Positions 12,701-25,329 of a stretch of DNA of 64,000 bases are shown piece by piece; positions within the stretch are counted from its first letter, which is position 1, and each line of letters starts with the position of its first letter. Position numbers and translations under genes: made by a program. Under the pieces are notes generated by a model. The model searched no databases. It was not told where the DNA came from and worked only from the letters and a program-made list of their open reading frames with translations. Source of the stretch: Cladosporium halotolerans (Eukaryota); assembly GCF_011745625.1 (NCBI RefSeq), contig NW_027191474.1, positions 124,001-188,000 of the forward strand, in the 5' to 3' direction.

Positions 12701-13105
12701 ACGGGGCTCGAAGTCTACCATGTTGTGAATTCCCATGCGGGCCCGGCGTGGACTGAGCTTCTCCGATGGGTAAAGGAGAGGCGAGACTTTGAGACTCTGC
12801 AGCCGGCGGCGTGGGTCGAGAGGCTCGAGCGAGCGGCCGAGAAGGGCTCCCAGCACCCGGCGCTGCAATTGTTGGAGCACTGGAAACGGGCGTACAGTAG
12901 CGGCGGTGGCAGTCAGGAGGCGGAAGGCCAGAGGAGTGGTGTAGAGGAGGAGGAGGAGGCGGCAACGGCGGCAGCACCGACGGCGCGCAAGACGTTTGCC
13001 GTCCAGCGGTCGATAGAGAGGCTCCCAGCCTTACGCACGGTGGAGCCGGTGAGCGAGGCGTACTTCTCGCGGCTGTGGGAGTGGGTACAGCAGGAGGTGG
13101 TATAG
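9785..13105 (+). CDS. NRPS-like / carboxylic-acid-reductase enzyme (A-T-R)
   Basis: Adenylation motifs HTSGTSSGTPKP and FGSAECG; carrier motif DLFSYGIDS; reductase motifs TGATGALG and YSRSK; first ATG at 9785. Confidence 0.92.
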   Translation: MVEQTYFTTPLNHAASAGNQLLLKGITTVPAFLAHAASTTPDSQAVAFPVPPKEKDSKQPWTSEIYTFADLHALSSTLAQHLLSQHPTALSPSNRTTIALLCPSTSTFLFTWLALQKLGHAVLLIAPQCRPAAIRSLCTQSGATLLFFDEAYGELAREASAAPETPLEAAQLPPSLPSTSASSVDLPSPTPPIHESETAYLHHTSGTSSGTPKPIPQPHRAAIGVLPCIAANASKATFTTTPLYHGGIADCFRAWASGALAWLFPGKGLPITAANVVRSLDVAASAAAEQGAARVAYFSSVPYVLSMLEASSPGLAHLQRMEIVGVGGAALPGEIGDRLVRQGVNLISRFGSAECGFLMSSHRDYAKDSEWQYLRCSEDAAFVSFEAREGGLSELVVRVGWPHMAKRNRGDGAFATADLFEAHASIAGAWKYHSRADAQLALVTGKKFDPAPLESAMATSELVEDAVMFGNGRPYPGVLLFRSEKARGLSDGEFVQEVWPGIEKLNAESQDHARVSKGMLVPMPVLEQPLEKSSKGTILRGAAEKRFSTEIEHAYDDADDDGETSNIPDAALPSKIKSIVTTIAPRKAELTDTTDLFSYGIDSVAGMQIRGRLRALLPPSNRDLPITVVEDYQTVTGLADYILKRRHGQAVGQGQADADDELALMKSLVESYGNFPASASEETTTTTPTSTTGKANVNGDVEDDGRDTIVLTGATGALGAHVLDQYRSLARVRRVYCLVRGASAQAARSRVAKALAARKLRALDNEDDGQGGKVIVLPAQLADPRLGLDDETYRRVAAEATGIVHVAWAVNFRMKLRSFAHDSIGGLANLISLALAAPRSQPAPRVAFCSSVASVMAYSSSPIPEALVDDPAAASELGYSRSKWVAEQVCARAEQHPRLAGRVAVFRVGQLAGASDTGVWNAKEAWPLMLSSVRETNALPDLGGEVLDWLPVDVAARAMVQGAEPRIDGRAPTGLEVYHVVNSHAGPAWTELLRWVKERRDFETLQPAAWVERLERAAEKGSQHPALQLLEHWKRAYSSGGGSQEAEGQRSGVEEEEEAATAAAPTARKTFAVQRSIERLPALRTVEPVSEAYFSRLWEWVQQEVV

Positions 13106-14053
13106 GCTTGCTTATGCAGAATGCAATCTCCCCGCCACGAAGACTCACGGTCGCATATAGGAAGCTAGCTGAGGCTTATAGGGCGGCGCATCTATATGAT
13201 CTGCCTGTATGCGGGGGAGGGGCGATGCTCGAAGGGCGGGCCAGTCCACGGTGGCGCCTCCACACGTGGTTTGCGGGGACGGATGTCTCAAAAGTGTTGA
13301 CCACCGGGTCGGAGGCGGTGGTGTCGCGTTGAAACTCCTGCCACTGCTGGTTTTGGCGAGTGGTGACGGCGAGACGCGGTGCGGGCACGCGTGGTGTCTC
13401 ACTCCGGCCGTGTGCTGGCTACGCGCCAGCCCGCGCGGTCACGCGTTTTTCGCTGGATGTCGGGAGGCTTGGTGCAACGGTGCGGTCCCGACTGGGAGAA
13501 TGGAGCTGGACGTGCTCCTGAGGCTATTGTTTGCGATTGAGACATCTTGCCACCTTAACGTAACCTCACCTGTAAGTGGTATGTCGTGATGTAGTAGCGT
13601 GCCTGAGGTCCTGAGGTACGGAAGCACTATCCACCGCGGCGGCCCAGGAAGAAGTGGATGCGCGCGGCCTTAGGCTTTGGGGAGAGATCTCGGAACGCGG
13701 CGGCGCGCCGGCACTCACAAACTTGAGATGGAGACCCCTTGGGACCTGAGATGGACCCTTCACGCTGGCCGGCTGGCGACCTTTAAGCAGATCTACAGCA
13801 CAGCATACCCAATTCACGATCGCTCTAAATCCGTCCGGCTGGACGGCCTGCATGCGGCCGAGGTCGAAGCAGGCCGGGGCGATATGCTTTTGGTGGGAAG
13901 TCTACGAAATTGCCATCCGCAACGCACGCCACCCACGCCACGCCATGCCACGCTGGGCAATTGGAGTGCAGCGTCGCCGGCGGGCGACCGCTCGCTCGTG
14001 TGCCATCGCTGGCCCTTGGCCCTACTGGACGGGCCGGCGGGAGTCGCCCGGCG

Positions 14054-14088
14054 GGATTAGGATTGGGATTTGGATTGGGATTGGACTG
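14054..14088. repeat. Degenerate GGATT-based tandem repeat (includes CCAAT units on the minus strand)
   Basis: ggattaggattgggatttggattgggattggactg. Confidence 0.7.
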
Positions 14089-16207
14089 GAAGGCTTCGAA
14101 GTTCTAGGTGCCGGCTGGCCGGTATGCTGGCGTCGCACACAATCTTGGCCGCGGTGGAAAATGGCGCTCGCTCGTGGCAGGCCTGTGATAGCAGCGTTGA
14201 TAGCGACGACGGGTGGCCGAGAAAGGCAGCTCGCCATCACGGTCCCTCTGACGCTGCTTGCGGTACACTGGCAGTCCGCGAACGACCGCCGAGCTCGCGG
14301 CGTGGCGCGCCGGGCGAGCGGTCGGTCGGTCGGTCGTCTGCACACGCAGCGCAATCTGCGGTATCGACGAGCGAACGAGTTACGACAGGTCAGAGATGAC
14401 GGGCGGGTGGGCCTGGAAGCGAGTCGGGCCTCGCGCGGCGCGCGCACCGCCTCGCGGCTACCAGGCAAGGGTCCTACACCGCTGACTATTTTCCCCGGGC
14501 GTGCCGAGGACGCCAGAAGGCATTGGCAGAAGGGCGATGGATCATGGAAGGGTAGGCACTCGGACGGCAGTGCTAGGGATGTAGTGGTGGAGGGCAATTT
14601 GCGGGCGGGCGGCCGGGACGTAATGGAAAAGAAGGGCAGGACGGGGCGGCACTGGCGGTAGTGAGCGCTGCTGGCGGCGGTGGGAGCACGTGCGGCGCAG
14701 GCCCGTCTGATCTCGCTCGCCGGCGCCCGGCCTGAAGACAGCAAGCGTGCAGGCAGTGTGTGGGCAAGGCCGGCTTCTACAATGTTGCAAGGTTGCGGTG
14801 CAAGCGAGATGGCGATGGCTGCTGCCACCCCTGGTGAAGAGTGTGACAGCTGCGCGCCGGGCGCGTCAGACAGTCTGCCACGCTGCCTTGCCGGGCTCGC
14901 GCGTGTCGTAAATAAAGCACACTTTCTGTACCTGCAGCAGCTAACGCAGGAACGCGGCCGAGGGTGGTGCGGGTATGTAGGTACTGCGGGCGGGCTGTAC
15001 TGTGAAGTACCGCAGTACCGAGCATGCCCAGGAATCGAGCGAGCCTGTCGGGATGTTTTGCCCACCCGCCCGTAGTGCGCCGGGCGAATGGTCGCGGTTG
15101 CATCAGCGCGCGGCACAGAAGGCCAGGGCTGGCGAAGGCTTGCAGCAGGGCACGAAGAGGGCACGGCTTCTGGTGACGCTGCGGCCTGCGCGGTACCTTG
15201 ACCTCGACAGTCCGGTGCGTGCTACTGCACAAATCCCATCTAGCGAAGCGTGTCAAATCTCACACCACGCCCGCCCGCCCTCAGAGTAGTGCTCACCTCT
15301 CGCCATAGCTGGGGCAGGCTGGCGTCGCGTCTGGCCGTGTCGAGCCGTGTCGTTCCGCGCTGGCACCGCCGGGCATGTCTCAGGGCCACGTGACCCCGAC
15401 GCGTCGAGCAGTGAGACAGGCAGTCCTTTCTCCTGCCTCGCACAACGGCGGTACTATAGCTGGCGAGCGCGCGTCCGCGGACCTGGTGGGATAGAGCTGG
15501 CGAGAGGCGGGCGGGCGGGGCTAAGACTCGGAGGGAGGGACAGTATGGACCGCAAGGTATATGCGCGCGTTATGCTGATCGCGAGGCCGACGATAAGGCA
15601 GCAGGCGATATGGCCCGGGTGCGTGGAGAGGGCGTCGAAAGACATCTGGTGTGTGTGGGCGGGAGGGTTTTGCCTGGCGGTGCCGGGGCTGCGCTTCGAG
15701 AAGAGCCGGCGCGTTTCAGGACGGCCCTTCGATCGGCACCACGACTTCTGGCCGCGCTGCGCCTCCGCCTCTTCTCTTGCGGCCAGCTGGGGATGCCAGA
15801 GAAGCTGCGGCGGCGCGCCGTCTCAGCAGCAGGAGGGTTTGTTTCAAGTGCGCGATGCAAGCCGTGGGCGGCAGGCGAGGCCAGGTGCGCGATGCCTGAT
15901 ACTTTCGCTACTCCACCTGCGTGTTTGGAGTACCAGTATAGCAGCACTTCCAATCTACACACCACCGCCGCTGCAGTCCAGTAGTACCGACGACTCGACA
16001 CGCTCCACGCTGGTCGCCGTGGTGAGCGAAGACGGCAGACGTTGGCACGTTGGCTGCTGATCCGATGACGCGGAGGCGACGAGGGCGGACAGGCTCACAG
16101 ACACGGCGTCTCACAGCGTTGGCGAATCCCGGCCGTTGTCGGCAGTGCAGGACTGGACTGGAGTGGGCTGCCCTGTACTGTCAGCGTCGAGACACGCAGC
16201 TGGTGAT

Positions 16208-16259
16208 GCGTTCAGCGTTGCGTTCAGCGTTCAGCGTTCAGCGTCCAGCGTTCACAGCG
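16208..16259. repeat. (CAGCGTT)n heptamer repeat
   Basis: gcgttcagcgttgcgttcagcgttcagcgttcagcgtccagcgttc. Confidence 0.75.
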
Positions 16260-18293
16260 GCTTTCTACGGCAGAGAGGGAGAGGGTGGCCTTGTGCTGCT
16301 CGAGCGCCCTCGAACGCCAACGATAGGCTGGACCGCTCGCGCCCGGCGAGCCAGTGTGCCACTCCGGACGCACGGCAGCCCACGAGTAATCGTCGCGGGC
16401 TGGGTGATTGATTTCTGCTCGCGTGCGCCGCCAGCAGGAATTATTGGCATCAGCACCAGCAATCGTCAGCGGCCAGTGGCCCTCCTCCTCCTCCACCAAC
16501 CGCATCACCACCGCGCTGGCACACCCACTGCGCGGGCTGTGGTGAATCGTCGGCGAAATCTGCGGACTGCCCATCGTCAATCACAGCGGCCGGCACGAAT
16601 CATCAGTGCGGTGCCCATGACTGGCAGGCTTCGTCGCGGCGCGGGCGGCTAGAGGCTTCCGCGCACACCAACCCGCGAGCTGTCTGTAGACAGTGTAGAG
16701 CTACTGGAGTTGGGCTAGAGTAGGCGTGTAGGGTCACCTGCGCGGTGCCATGATTATTTCGGCGGCCGCCTGCTCTGCTCTGCTCGCCCGCGGGCTGCCG
16801 ATCCGCTGAATGACGAGAGGTGCGCTGCGCTATTACAGGCGCGAACTTCGGCAGGCCGTACGGGCAGGACGCCACCACCAAGGTGCCGCCGGGCGCAGGC
16901 GGACCACTCATCAGGCTATACTGCTGCTGCCGCTGCTGCACTGCAGGCTGCTGCAGGACGGGATAAGTGTCGTCTCGCCACTGGCGGAGAGGCAGGCCCG
17001 AAGGCGGGTGGACGTGTCTGGCAGGTACAGTATGTAGGTCGCCACACAGCAGGACTGGAAGTCTGGTAATATAGCGGTGGTATGCGTGAGGGCATGCAGG
17101 CCGCGCAGCACCGCCTACCGTGTACTGTAGATAGGTACACACTACTGTAGCGGGCGACGGAAGCACACAGCGCCAGCAAAGGCACACATCATCGACGGCA
17201 CCAGCGGAGGCACACCACACGCAGCAGCAGCAGAAGCACACCACACACAGTACCAACAGAAGCATACATCGCGCCGCCCGCAGGAATACCTACCTAGTAC
17301 CGGCCGACACGCACACCTGGCCTCCACCACCCTGCCAGAGCCTGCCTCTTGGACTGCCTTTTCGACTGCCCTCTTCGACCAGCACTTCTGACACGCACAA
17401 TCACCCCTCGAATCATGGACGCAGGCGACGATCAGGGCGCACCGACTGGCCGACTAGCGCGTAAACCTGGCCTTCCGTTCCTGCAGGCGGAGTGGAGTGA
17501 GGTGTGTGTGCGCGGTGCGGTGGCAGTGGGTGGATGGCCCGGGTGGCAGCGCCAGACGCGCCCGAGCGCAGCCCAAGCGCAGCGCCAGGCGCACCTCTCC
17601 CGACCTCCCCAGGCCCCACCCGCGGGTGCGCGCGCCTTGAGTCGCGCGCGGGCCACGCAGCCACCAGGCCGCGCTAGCCATGCACGCCCTCGTACCTGGC
17701 TAGTCCCGAACGGGCGCGCGCCGCCGATCGCTGCCCGCCGCGCGCGCGCCTGTTCCCCATCCTGCCCACCTGCCCATCCTCGCCTCCAGCGCCCGTCCAG
17801 GGTTTATCAACCGCGGCGGCCTGCCCTTTGCTTCCTTGCATTCTTCTATCATCGTCATCCTTCTCTTCGTTCCACCCTGCTTCCTTCTTTCCAGCAATTA
17901 ATCTCACATCCCGGCACGAAGCCACCCCCGAAGCGCTCCTCTCATTCCTTTCGAGGGCCTTCCCACTGCCACCACCACACCACCCACCATCCCACGCCTC
18001 GCCGTGTGACAGTCCTTCCTTGACACCACCATTGCTACCTATTAGACGCCGGACTCCGCAGTCCCCGTTGACGCCAACAACCGTACATACTCCGTACAGC
18101 GCCGAATACCTGTGTAATTATCGATCCCGACGTCGACATCGACATCGACCAACCGCCATCCGAAACATCGACCTCACTTCTGGATCACGCCCGCTAACCT
18201 GATTCCGAATCACCCAAACGTCAGTGGACCCTTGAACGCCGGCTCTTTGGGACAGCTGTATCTGACTCCACGCAGCAGCACAACCACACCACA

Positions 18294-20054
18294 ATGGAAT
18301 ACGCCTCGCACACAACGCCCCCGATGGGCCAGTCGCAGTTCTACTACTACACCCCCGACAACCGCGAGCAGCAGAACGTGCATTACCCGCAGCAGCCCCG
18401 TCACATGTCCGCCGCTTGCGTCCAGTCGAGCCCCGAATACATGATGCACTACCAGCAGCCCGTATACCACCAGCGTCCCCAGTCCGCCGGCCCTCAGATG
18501 CAGTACGCCCAGCAGCCGACCTACATCTCCCACGCCATGCTCACTCCCGACGCCTCGCCCCGCGCCCACCACCACAAGCCCACCATCATGCTCCCCCAGA
18601 ACATGATGCCCATCGACACCAGCTGCAACTCGTACTTCCCTGCCACCCCGACTCTCTCCGCGTCTGGCAGCTTCAGCTCCGTCGACAGCCCGCCTTCCAG
18701 CGGCATGCTCTCCGCTCCCGTCAGCGGCATGCTCTTCAACAACCCCATGATGGCCAGCTTTCCCGTGGTGAAGGAGGGCTGCGAGGAGGAGGTCTTCTCT
18801 GAGGTCCTCGCCGGTGGTGACTGGTCTGGCTCCCCGCCCATGACTCCCGTCTTCCTCCAGTCTGGCAACAACTCCGTCGACGGCTCCTACCACCTCACCA
18901 CCGGCAACGCACAGACCGTCTCTCCCTCGCCCTCGCCCGTCCCCAGGTCCGTGGCTTCCGAGAACGACGTCTGCGACCCGAGGAACCTCACCGTCGGCAA
19001 CGTCGAGTTCCCCACCCTGCCCACCTTCTGCACCGCCGAGGACGACAACATGCTCAAGGGCAACATGCCCATCCAGCACGAGGCCCAGCCCATGATCGCC
19101 AACCCCGCCGACATCTCCAACTTTGGTGGCCTCCCCACCTTCGAGCTTCCCTTCGAGCTCGACGTTGAGGACGACTTCTCCGGCTTCGCTTCCTACGCCG
19201 GCCCTGAGAACATCAACTTCAACGGCAGCAAGCGTCAGCGTCTCGACATGGCACCTGGCCTCGTCGAGGACGACGGTTTCTTCTCCGAGGAGAGCTTCAG
19301 CGATGAGGAGTTCGCCAGCGGCAGCTTCTCCCCCGCCACCTCTCAGTACTCCGTCCCCGAGCTTTCCGCCGCCGCCGTTGTCAAGCCCAAGCGCAAGTGC
19401 GGCAAGAAGTGCGACGCTCCCACCCACCTCCACCAGACCGCCGAGTCCTCCGAGAACACTGCTGTGCAGGTCTCCGTCTCTCACACCGAGGGCTCCGAGG
19501 CTCCCGAGTCTGCCGTTGGCACTCCCTCCCAGGGCGGCAACCCCTCTCGCCGTGGCCGCAAGCAGTCCCTCACCGACGACCCTTCCAAGACCTTCGTCTG
19601 CACTCTCTGCTCCCGTCGCTTCCGTCGTCAGGAACACCTCAAGCGTCACTACCGTTCCCTCCACACCCACGACAAGCCTTTCGAGTGCACCGACTGCGGC
19701 AAGAAGTTCTCCCGCTCTGACAACCTCAGCCAGCACCAGCGTACCCACGGTGCCGGCACCATGGTCATGGGCGTCCTCACCCAACCCACTGAGGCCCACA
19801 TGCACCAGCCTATCGAGAGCGTCAACGGTGGCGACAGCGGTCGCATGATCACCCCCAAGAGCGAGCAGGCCTACCACCAGCTTCCCCAGCAGCACCGCGT
19901 CTCTCCCGACTCGGCCGAGATGGGTGCCATGCTCTTCGACATGGCCTCCCAAGTCCACGGCTCCAGCAGCAGCAGCGTCGGCAGCTACAGCGACAACGAC
20001 CTCAGCCCGTCCGGCAACAAGGAGGCGGCCAAGAAGCGCAAGAGGGACGATTAG
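18294..20054 (+). CDS. seb1: Seb1/MsnA (Msn2/4-like) C2H2 stress-response transcription factor
   Basis: [39 protein letters not shown] followed by [21 protein letters not shown]; strong C-ending codon bias; basic C-terminus KKRKR. Confidence 0.92.
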   Translation: MEYASHTTPPMGQSQFYYYTPDNREQQNVHYPQQPRHMSAACVQSSPEYMMHYQQPVYHQRPQSAGPQMQYAQQPTYISHAMLTPDASPRAHHHKPTIMLPQNMMPIDTSCNSYFPATPTLSASGSFSSVDSPPSSGMLSAPVSGMLFNNPMMASFPVVKEGCEEEVFSEVLAGGDWSGSPPMTPVFLQSGNNSVDGSYHLTTGNAQTVSPSPSPVPRSVASENDVCDPRNLTVGNVEFPTLPTFCTAEDDNMLKGNMPIQHEAQPMIANPADISNFGGLPTFELPFELDVEDDFSGFASYAGPENINFNGSKRQRLDMAPGLVEDDGFFSEESFSDEEFASGSFSPATSQYSVPELSAAAVVKPKRKCGKKCDAPTHLHQTAESSENTAVQVSVSHTEGSEAPESAVGTPSQGGNPSRRGRKQSLTDDPSKTFVCTLCSRRFRRQEHLKRHYRSLHTHDKPFECTDCGKKFSRSDNLSQHQRTHGAGTMVMGVLTQPTEAHMHQPIESVNGGDSGRMITPKSEQAYHQLPQQHRVSPDSAEMGAMLFDMASQVHGSSSSSVGSYSDNDLSPSGNKEAAKKRKRDD

Positions 20055-20943
20055 AGTTGATCTCACCCATCTCTTTCCTTCCTCTTGAGCCTTGCTTCCT
20101 CAATTCCTTGTTTTCTTGCCACGAACCTTAACGCCGTCATGCTGGGGATACCACCATAGAAAGGGGGAATCACTTCCCAAAAAAATCTTCTACCACAACG
20201 GGACTTGGAGTCAGTCAGTCAGTCAGCTGCGCCACCAGAGCACACCGGAGTCTTCTTCCACACCTTGGGACGCGAGAACCAGAACCTCGCCTGCCACCAA
20301 CCAACAACTCACACCTTCTTACCTTCTCCACGATCGCTTTTGTATTACTACCACCTTTTAGTCACTGGGTTTCGGCTTTCTGTTTGGAGATACCTCTTTT
20401 CATTCGCCATCTTTTTTTTGCTTGCGATTTATTGCTGGAATCTATCCGGAAGGAAAAAGGGAACAACGATGCGATATCCTGCCTTTTGCCTTTGCCTCTG
20501 CTTATCTTGTTGTAAACACCACGCCCGCCCTCTGCTTGTTCGCTCGCTCGCAAGCACGGTTTTCTCTTCTTTCAGCAAACTTTTTCTTTTCTGTTCTTGT
20601 TTATGGAGGGGAGGAATCGGACTTGGGAGGAGAAGGAGACCCCGCGCTATACCTGACGCCGTTACCGCTGGCCGGACCCGCCGAAGGTCGTGGGACTTTC
20701 TTCTTCTTTCTAAAGCTGCGCGGCTCGTCCGCTGTTCCTGCCCTGGGAGAGAGAGGGCGGTTTGTACGTACATGTAATGGGATATATGCATCTCATATAC
20801 CTGCCGACTTTGGATATATGGAAAAAGGACAAGACAAGACGAACAAACATTACAATGCAATGCAAATAAGACAATGGGACGATTCCTCCATACCAATTGT
20901 TCTCTTTTCGCTCCGCTCTTTCAAAGTGTCGAGTCTGCCTGCA

Positions 20944-20964
20944 TGTGTGTGTGTGTGTGTGTGT
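20944..20964. repeat. (TG)n microsatellite
   Basis: Read directly. Confidence 0.9.
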
Positions 20965-23803
20965 CAACGACTTCCACCACCACCACAGCCCGACCGGCCA
21001 AGCCTCCTCGCCGCACTCGCCACGCCTTGCGAGCTGCCCTGCTCTGCTACCTGTGATGAGGACCTCTATCCACCCGTCCAGTCTACCTGCACACACAAAG
21101 CCATCGCGCTAGCAGACACACTTACGTGTACACGTACATGTACCCGTCTGTCATCGCCCGCTCCGCTCCGCCCGCGCCGCGGCTCCGGGCAAGATACACT
21201 ACTGTGGCAAGGTTGGAAAGCAGCTATAGCGACAAGACCTATATGCATCCTTGCTGCGCAAAGCGGGAGATGCGCCGTGCCGCTCCGAGCCGCCTGCCGA
21301 GCCGCCTCGGGGAAATACGTGCATGCATGCGCATGCATGCATATACATAAAGACAGGGCACTATAGGCAGGCGGCTGAGCACTACTATACATGCACGGCG
21401 TCGACTATAGGCACCTGCACGAGGGACGCGGACTGGAATTACAGTTTCCCTTGCCCTCGGCCTGCTCGGGCATTTCTAGGACGCAGGGCAGGGCATGCTA
21501 TATCGCGCGCGGCGGGCGCTGGGCGCTATTGCAGCGCGGTGCTGGGTTCAGGGGTTTTGTTGTTTCTTTCCGTTCCGTTGGGGAGATCGTCTGTGCAGTA
21601 GCAGATCCTGGGGTTGGGGAGGTGAGATCGGGTGCTGGGAGCCGAGAGCGAGGTACGGGATTGGTATTTTGCCCTGGGGGCTGATATTGGGTGGGTGGCG
21701 GCGGAGACGGGGTGCTGGCCGGCTGGGTTCTGTCACTGTCAGGGTTGTTGATGGCTTGCTTGCTTTGCCGAGCTGGGTGTGGAGGGTGCTATTCTTGGTT
21801 TCCTGCGGCTGCGACACATGACGGTTGTGTAGGCGAGGGTAAGACTATGGCGAGGCGGCTGTGTCTTAGTCTTGCTCTTGGAGGTTTCGGGCGCGGTTGG
21901 CTATGCTATAGGTGGTGGAAGGCGTTGGGTTCGAGAAGACGTCATGGTAGGCGCGCGTCTTGGTCTTTCGCAAGCTGACCGTTCTCCATCGTTTTCGCAA
22001 GGAGTGCGTATAGCCGACGGGGTTGGACATGACATTTGGCAATTTTGACAGGGAGCTGGAGGGTCTTGTCGGTGATGCTTTGAAATTCTTTGGTCTCTGG
22101 TCTGTTGCAGGGACCCCTGCTCATCGTTTTACTCACAGATGAGAGACAGGATTGCTTCAGCCGAAGAAATGCTCATGCGATGCAAGACCCGAAACCCTGT
22201 ATGAATGGAGGAGTATGCCTGCATTCGATCACTGAGTGCAAGTTAATCTCTCAGGTCGAGAAGACGAAAAGAAACGACGACCGCAGAGACGGCCACTGAG
22301 CTCTATTCGTTATTCGTCATTCTGTTACACGAATGCGTTTTCAAGGCGTTTGCACCCTTCACTCTATTATTCTAACGTCCTGTTCATCGATCATCGATCC
22401 CGCTGTGAATAGAAACAAACGCCAAGACGTAGCAGGTGGGCTTTGCCGTGTCTTTCGCTCGCAGAGTATTGTCTTCCTTGAAAATGTAGCGATGGCCTAC
22501 GGCGATGAGATCTCTCTTCATGACTGCCTTTCCAGCACTGGAAATTGCACGAAACATGTGTGAACGTATGCAAGAGAATCACATTGCTCATTCGTCGTAT
22601 TGAGAATGGCGAGAGATTGGTATTCAACACAATTGACTGAGGTGCTGGATCTATTGCGAATCTGGTGCTGTTGCTGAATTCTTGACAAATACTCATCTCT
22701 TGTTCTCACGAGATCCGGGGCAAGAGATGCTACTGCCATCATGCCATCCTCCAATCCGTGAAGCACTACTTCCACAAAACGAAGATTTTTTCAGATTTCC
22801 GACTTGTTGCACAAATGAGCCATTTGGACCTACCGCTGGACGTCTGCAACCGCAGAAGGAGTAAATTGGATGCATCTGGTACTGGGTGAGACCAGACAGC
22901 TAGTAGACGCTTTGGTGCCGTCACGGATGCAATTGGGGCAAACAGCGAGTGCACTCTGGCAATTGCAATATTGGTCGGCCGCACCAAGTCGGCCATAGAA
23001 GATGGCGTCTGTGACAAGTGAAATTCTTCCATTCTCAGCAGGCCGTCGGTGAGAGTCATCGAGCAGGTCGTCCGGAAAGGCAAGCTTGTCGTTGTTTTAC
23101 CAAATGTATGGATCTGTGATGAACGATCATACAGGGATCATTACAGAATGGGCAGATATCGAAGTTTCCGTAAGAAATGTTGACTTATCATTTACCGCTA
23201 CATCAAAAGAGCCATTGCTTTCACAGGCTTCACCCAGCCGCTTAAAAGATCATCAATGAAGGCTTTCAACATGTGAACAGTGACCCGCCTTGAATCGTCT
23301 TCTTAAAGCAATTCCAGGATCTGGCTAGATCGCCAGCCTCTATGACAAGGGCTGTTCTGGGCGGTGTTTCGGCTTCATCACCCTCGATGCCACAGACCTC
23401 TGCAAGACGCTTGAGACGATGTGAAGGCCATGTCTAGGACCTGCAGTTGCAAGCTCGTCTCGTGACGTCTTTCAATCGATGTGCGGATCTCGAAACCAAG
23501 TGAGTCGCAGATTGTCATGTTCCAACAACGTGTTTCACAATTGCATCAGAGGAAGCGTAGCAGAAAGACATCGGCAACGGCCAGATGCGGAGTTGGAGTG
23601 ATGAAGTTCCCGAAGCCCAGCTTCGATTTCCCTGATTCGTGCCTCAGGCATCCTAAATTCCTGCCTCACAGCCGCCGCTGCCAAGCCCCAAAATTCAACC
23701 TCCGCACTGAGGCTTCGAGCCAGGCTGGAAGCACTTTGCGCAGGCGAAAGTTCGACGACCGTACTCTCCCCATCGACGACGACATCGACCAACGACCGCC
23801 ACG

Positions 23804-24348
23804 ATGCCCCAGGAAGTCAAGCAGAAGTCCGGCATCGCCACCGGCCTCAACCGCGGCCACGTACGTCCACCCCGAATATCTTGTTGTCGCACGCGACCGA
23901 GTGGAGGAGCAGAATGAGATTGGAGGATTGGAGGGTGCATCGAGATGGCAAATGGAATGGAACACTGGCTGACCGGGCTTGCGTGTATACAGAAGGTCAC
24001 CCCTCGCCAGGTGAAGCCCCGTGTCTCGCGCACCAAGGGTCACCTCAGCAAGCGCACCGCTTTCGTGAGGGATGTTGTGAAGGAGGTTTCTGGGTACGGA
24101 CCACTACCCCATGCCATGCCACCATCAGCAGGCACACCACCTGCCGGACCTGGCGATATCCTGGGCATACACTAACACAGCACAGCCTCGCCCCCTACGA
24201 GCGCCGCGTTATCGAACTCCTCCGCAACTCCAAGGACAAGCGCGCCCGTAAGCTCGCGAAGAAGCGCCTCGGTACCTTCGGCCGTGGCAAGAGAAAGGTC
24301 GACGAGATGACCAGTGTCATCGCCGAGAGCAAGCGTGCCGGCCACTAA
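23804..24348 (+). CDS. RPL36: 60S ribosomal protein L36 (eL36), 3 exons
   Basis: Exons 23804-23860, 23993-24093 and 24186-24348 give [16 protein letters not shown]...[34 protein letters not shown]. Confidence 0.97.
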
Positions 24349-25329
24349 GCGGTTGGTGTGTTTGGGGATTGACGATCAATTTGGGAGAGGTGTTTGCTAT
24401 TGGGGTGGAACCTGCTACAATGTATCGGCGTCAAAATGGCAATGGCACGCTCGGTCCGGTCCACGGACGGGCTGGGGGGAGCCTTTTGATACAGCGAATG
24501 AAAAGACACAATGCCTGTTTTGAGCGTTTGATACTTTTTGAGACAACAGCAAGGAAAAAAGACATGGCACGCCTCTTCCGAAACGAATTGACATGCAAAT
24601 ATTTTGTCTCATGGTGGATATTGTCATGGTAAATTGAGTTGAATGCTGACCTTACTGCTGGCTTGAGCGACTAGAACGACACTGCCCGCGAGCATTCTGG
24701 CTCGGAGTCCGCTGTATGATCGCCAGATTGCAGACACTCAACGTCTTCGGCAGCACTGATTGGAAGCCTTGAAAGACTCGAAATACACACCAGCACACCC
24801 GGACATCCCTACCGCAATGGCGAGGTCTAGGATATTTCCATTGCCGCCATTGGCATGACCACCCTCGCATTCTGGCCTCGTCGATGCATCCAGCGTCCGC
24901 AAATGTCGGAAGTCTATGCATTGGCAAGGAGGGCTTCGGCAACCAGTCCATTGGAGACCGCCTGATCTCCAATTTGGCAGATGAGTGGTCATGGCCAGTC
25001 TTCCATGGAGCAGCGTGCAGTGTTGCTGATGAACGGGATGACCTCTTCACGTGGACCTACTTACGAGCAAACCACTGGATCACAGCCTGCAGGATCGCTT
25101 CCTCAACACCATATCGTGTCAGTACTCCAAAGCTTCGTGTCGTGTTGTGCTATGCCGTGTTGTGCTATGCAGAAAATATCCATACCATGCGTCTGACCAT
25201 ACCTCGCGGGATTCATACCTGATCTATTAATCATGACTATAAACCGCATGGCTCTAAATGCAATTAAACGCTCATTTTGCCCACCCATTCCTCACAATCA
25301 TCCAATTGCAACACCACCCATACAATGCT

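Noticed and set aside
13852..17265. Several 200-380 aa ORFs upstream of seb1
   Set aside because: R/A/P/G-rich, overlapping on both strands, no codon bias or domains.
18210..20066. 618-aa ORF antisense to seb1
   Set aside because: It mirrors the real gene; strong C-ending codon bias removes stops from the antisense frame.
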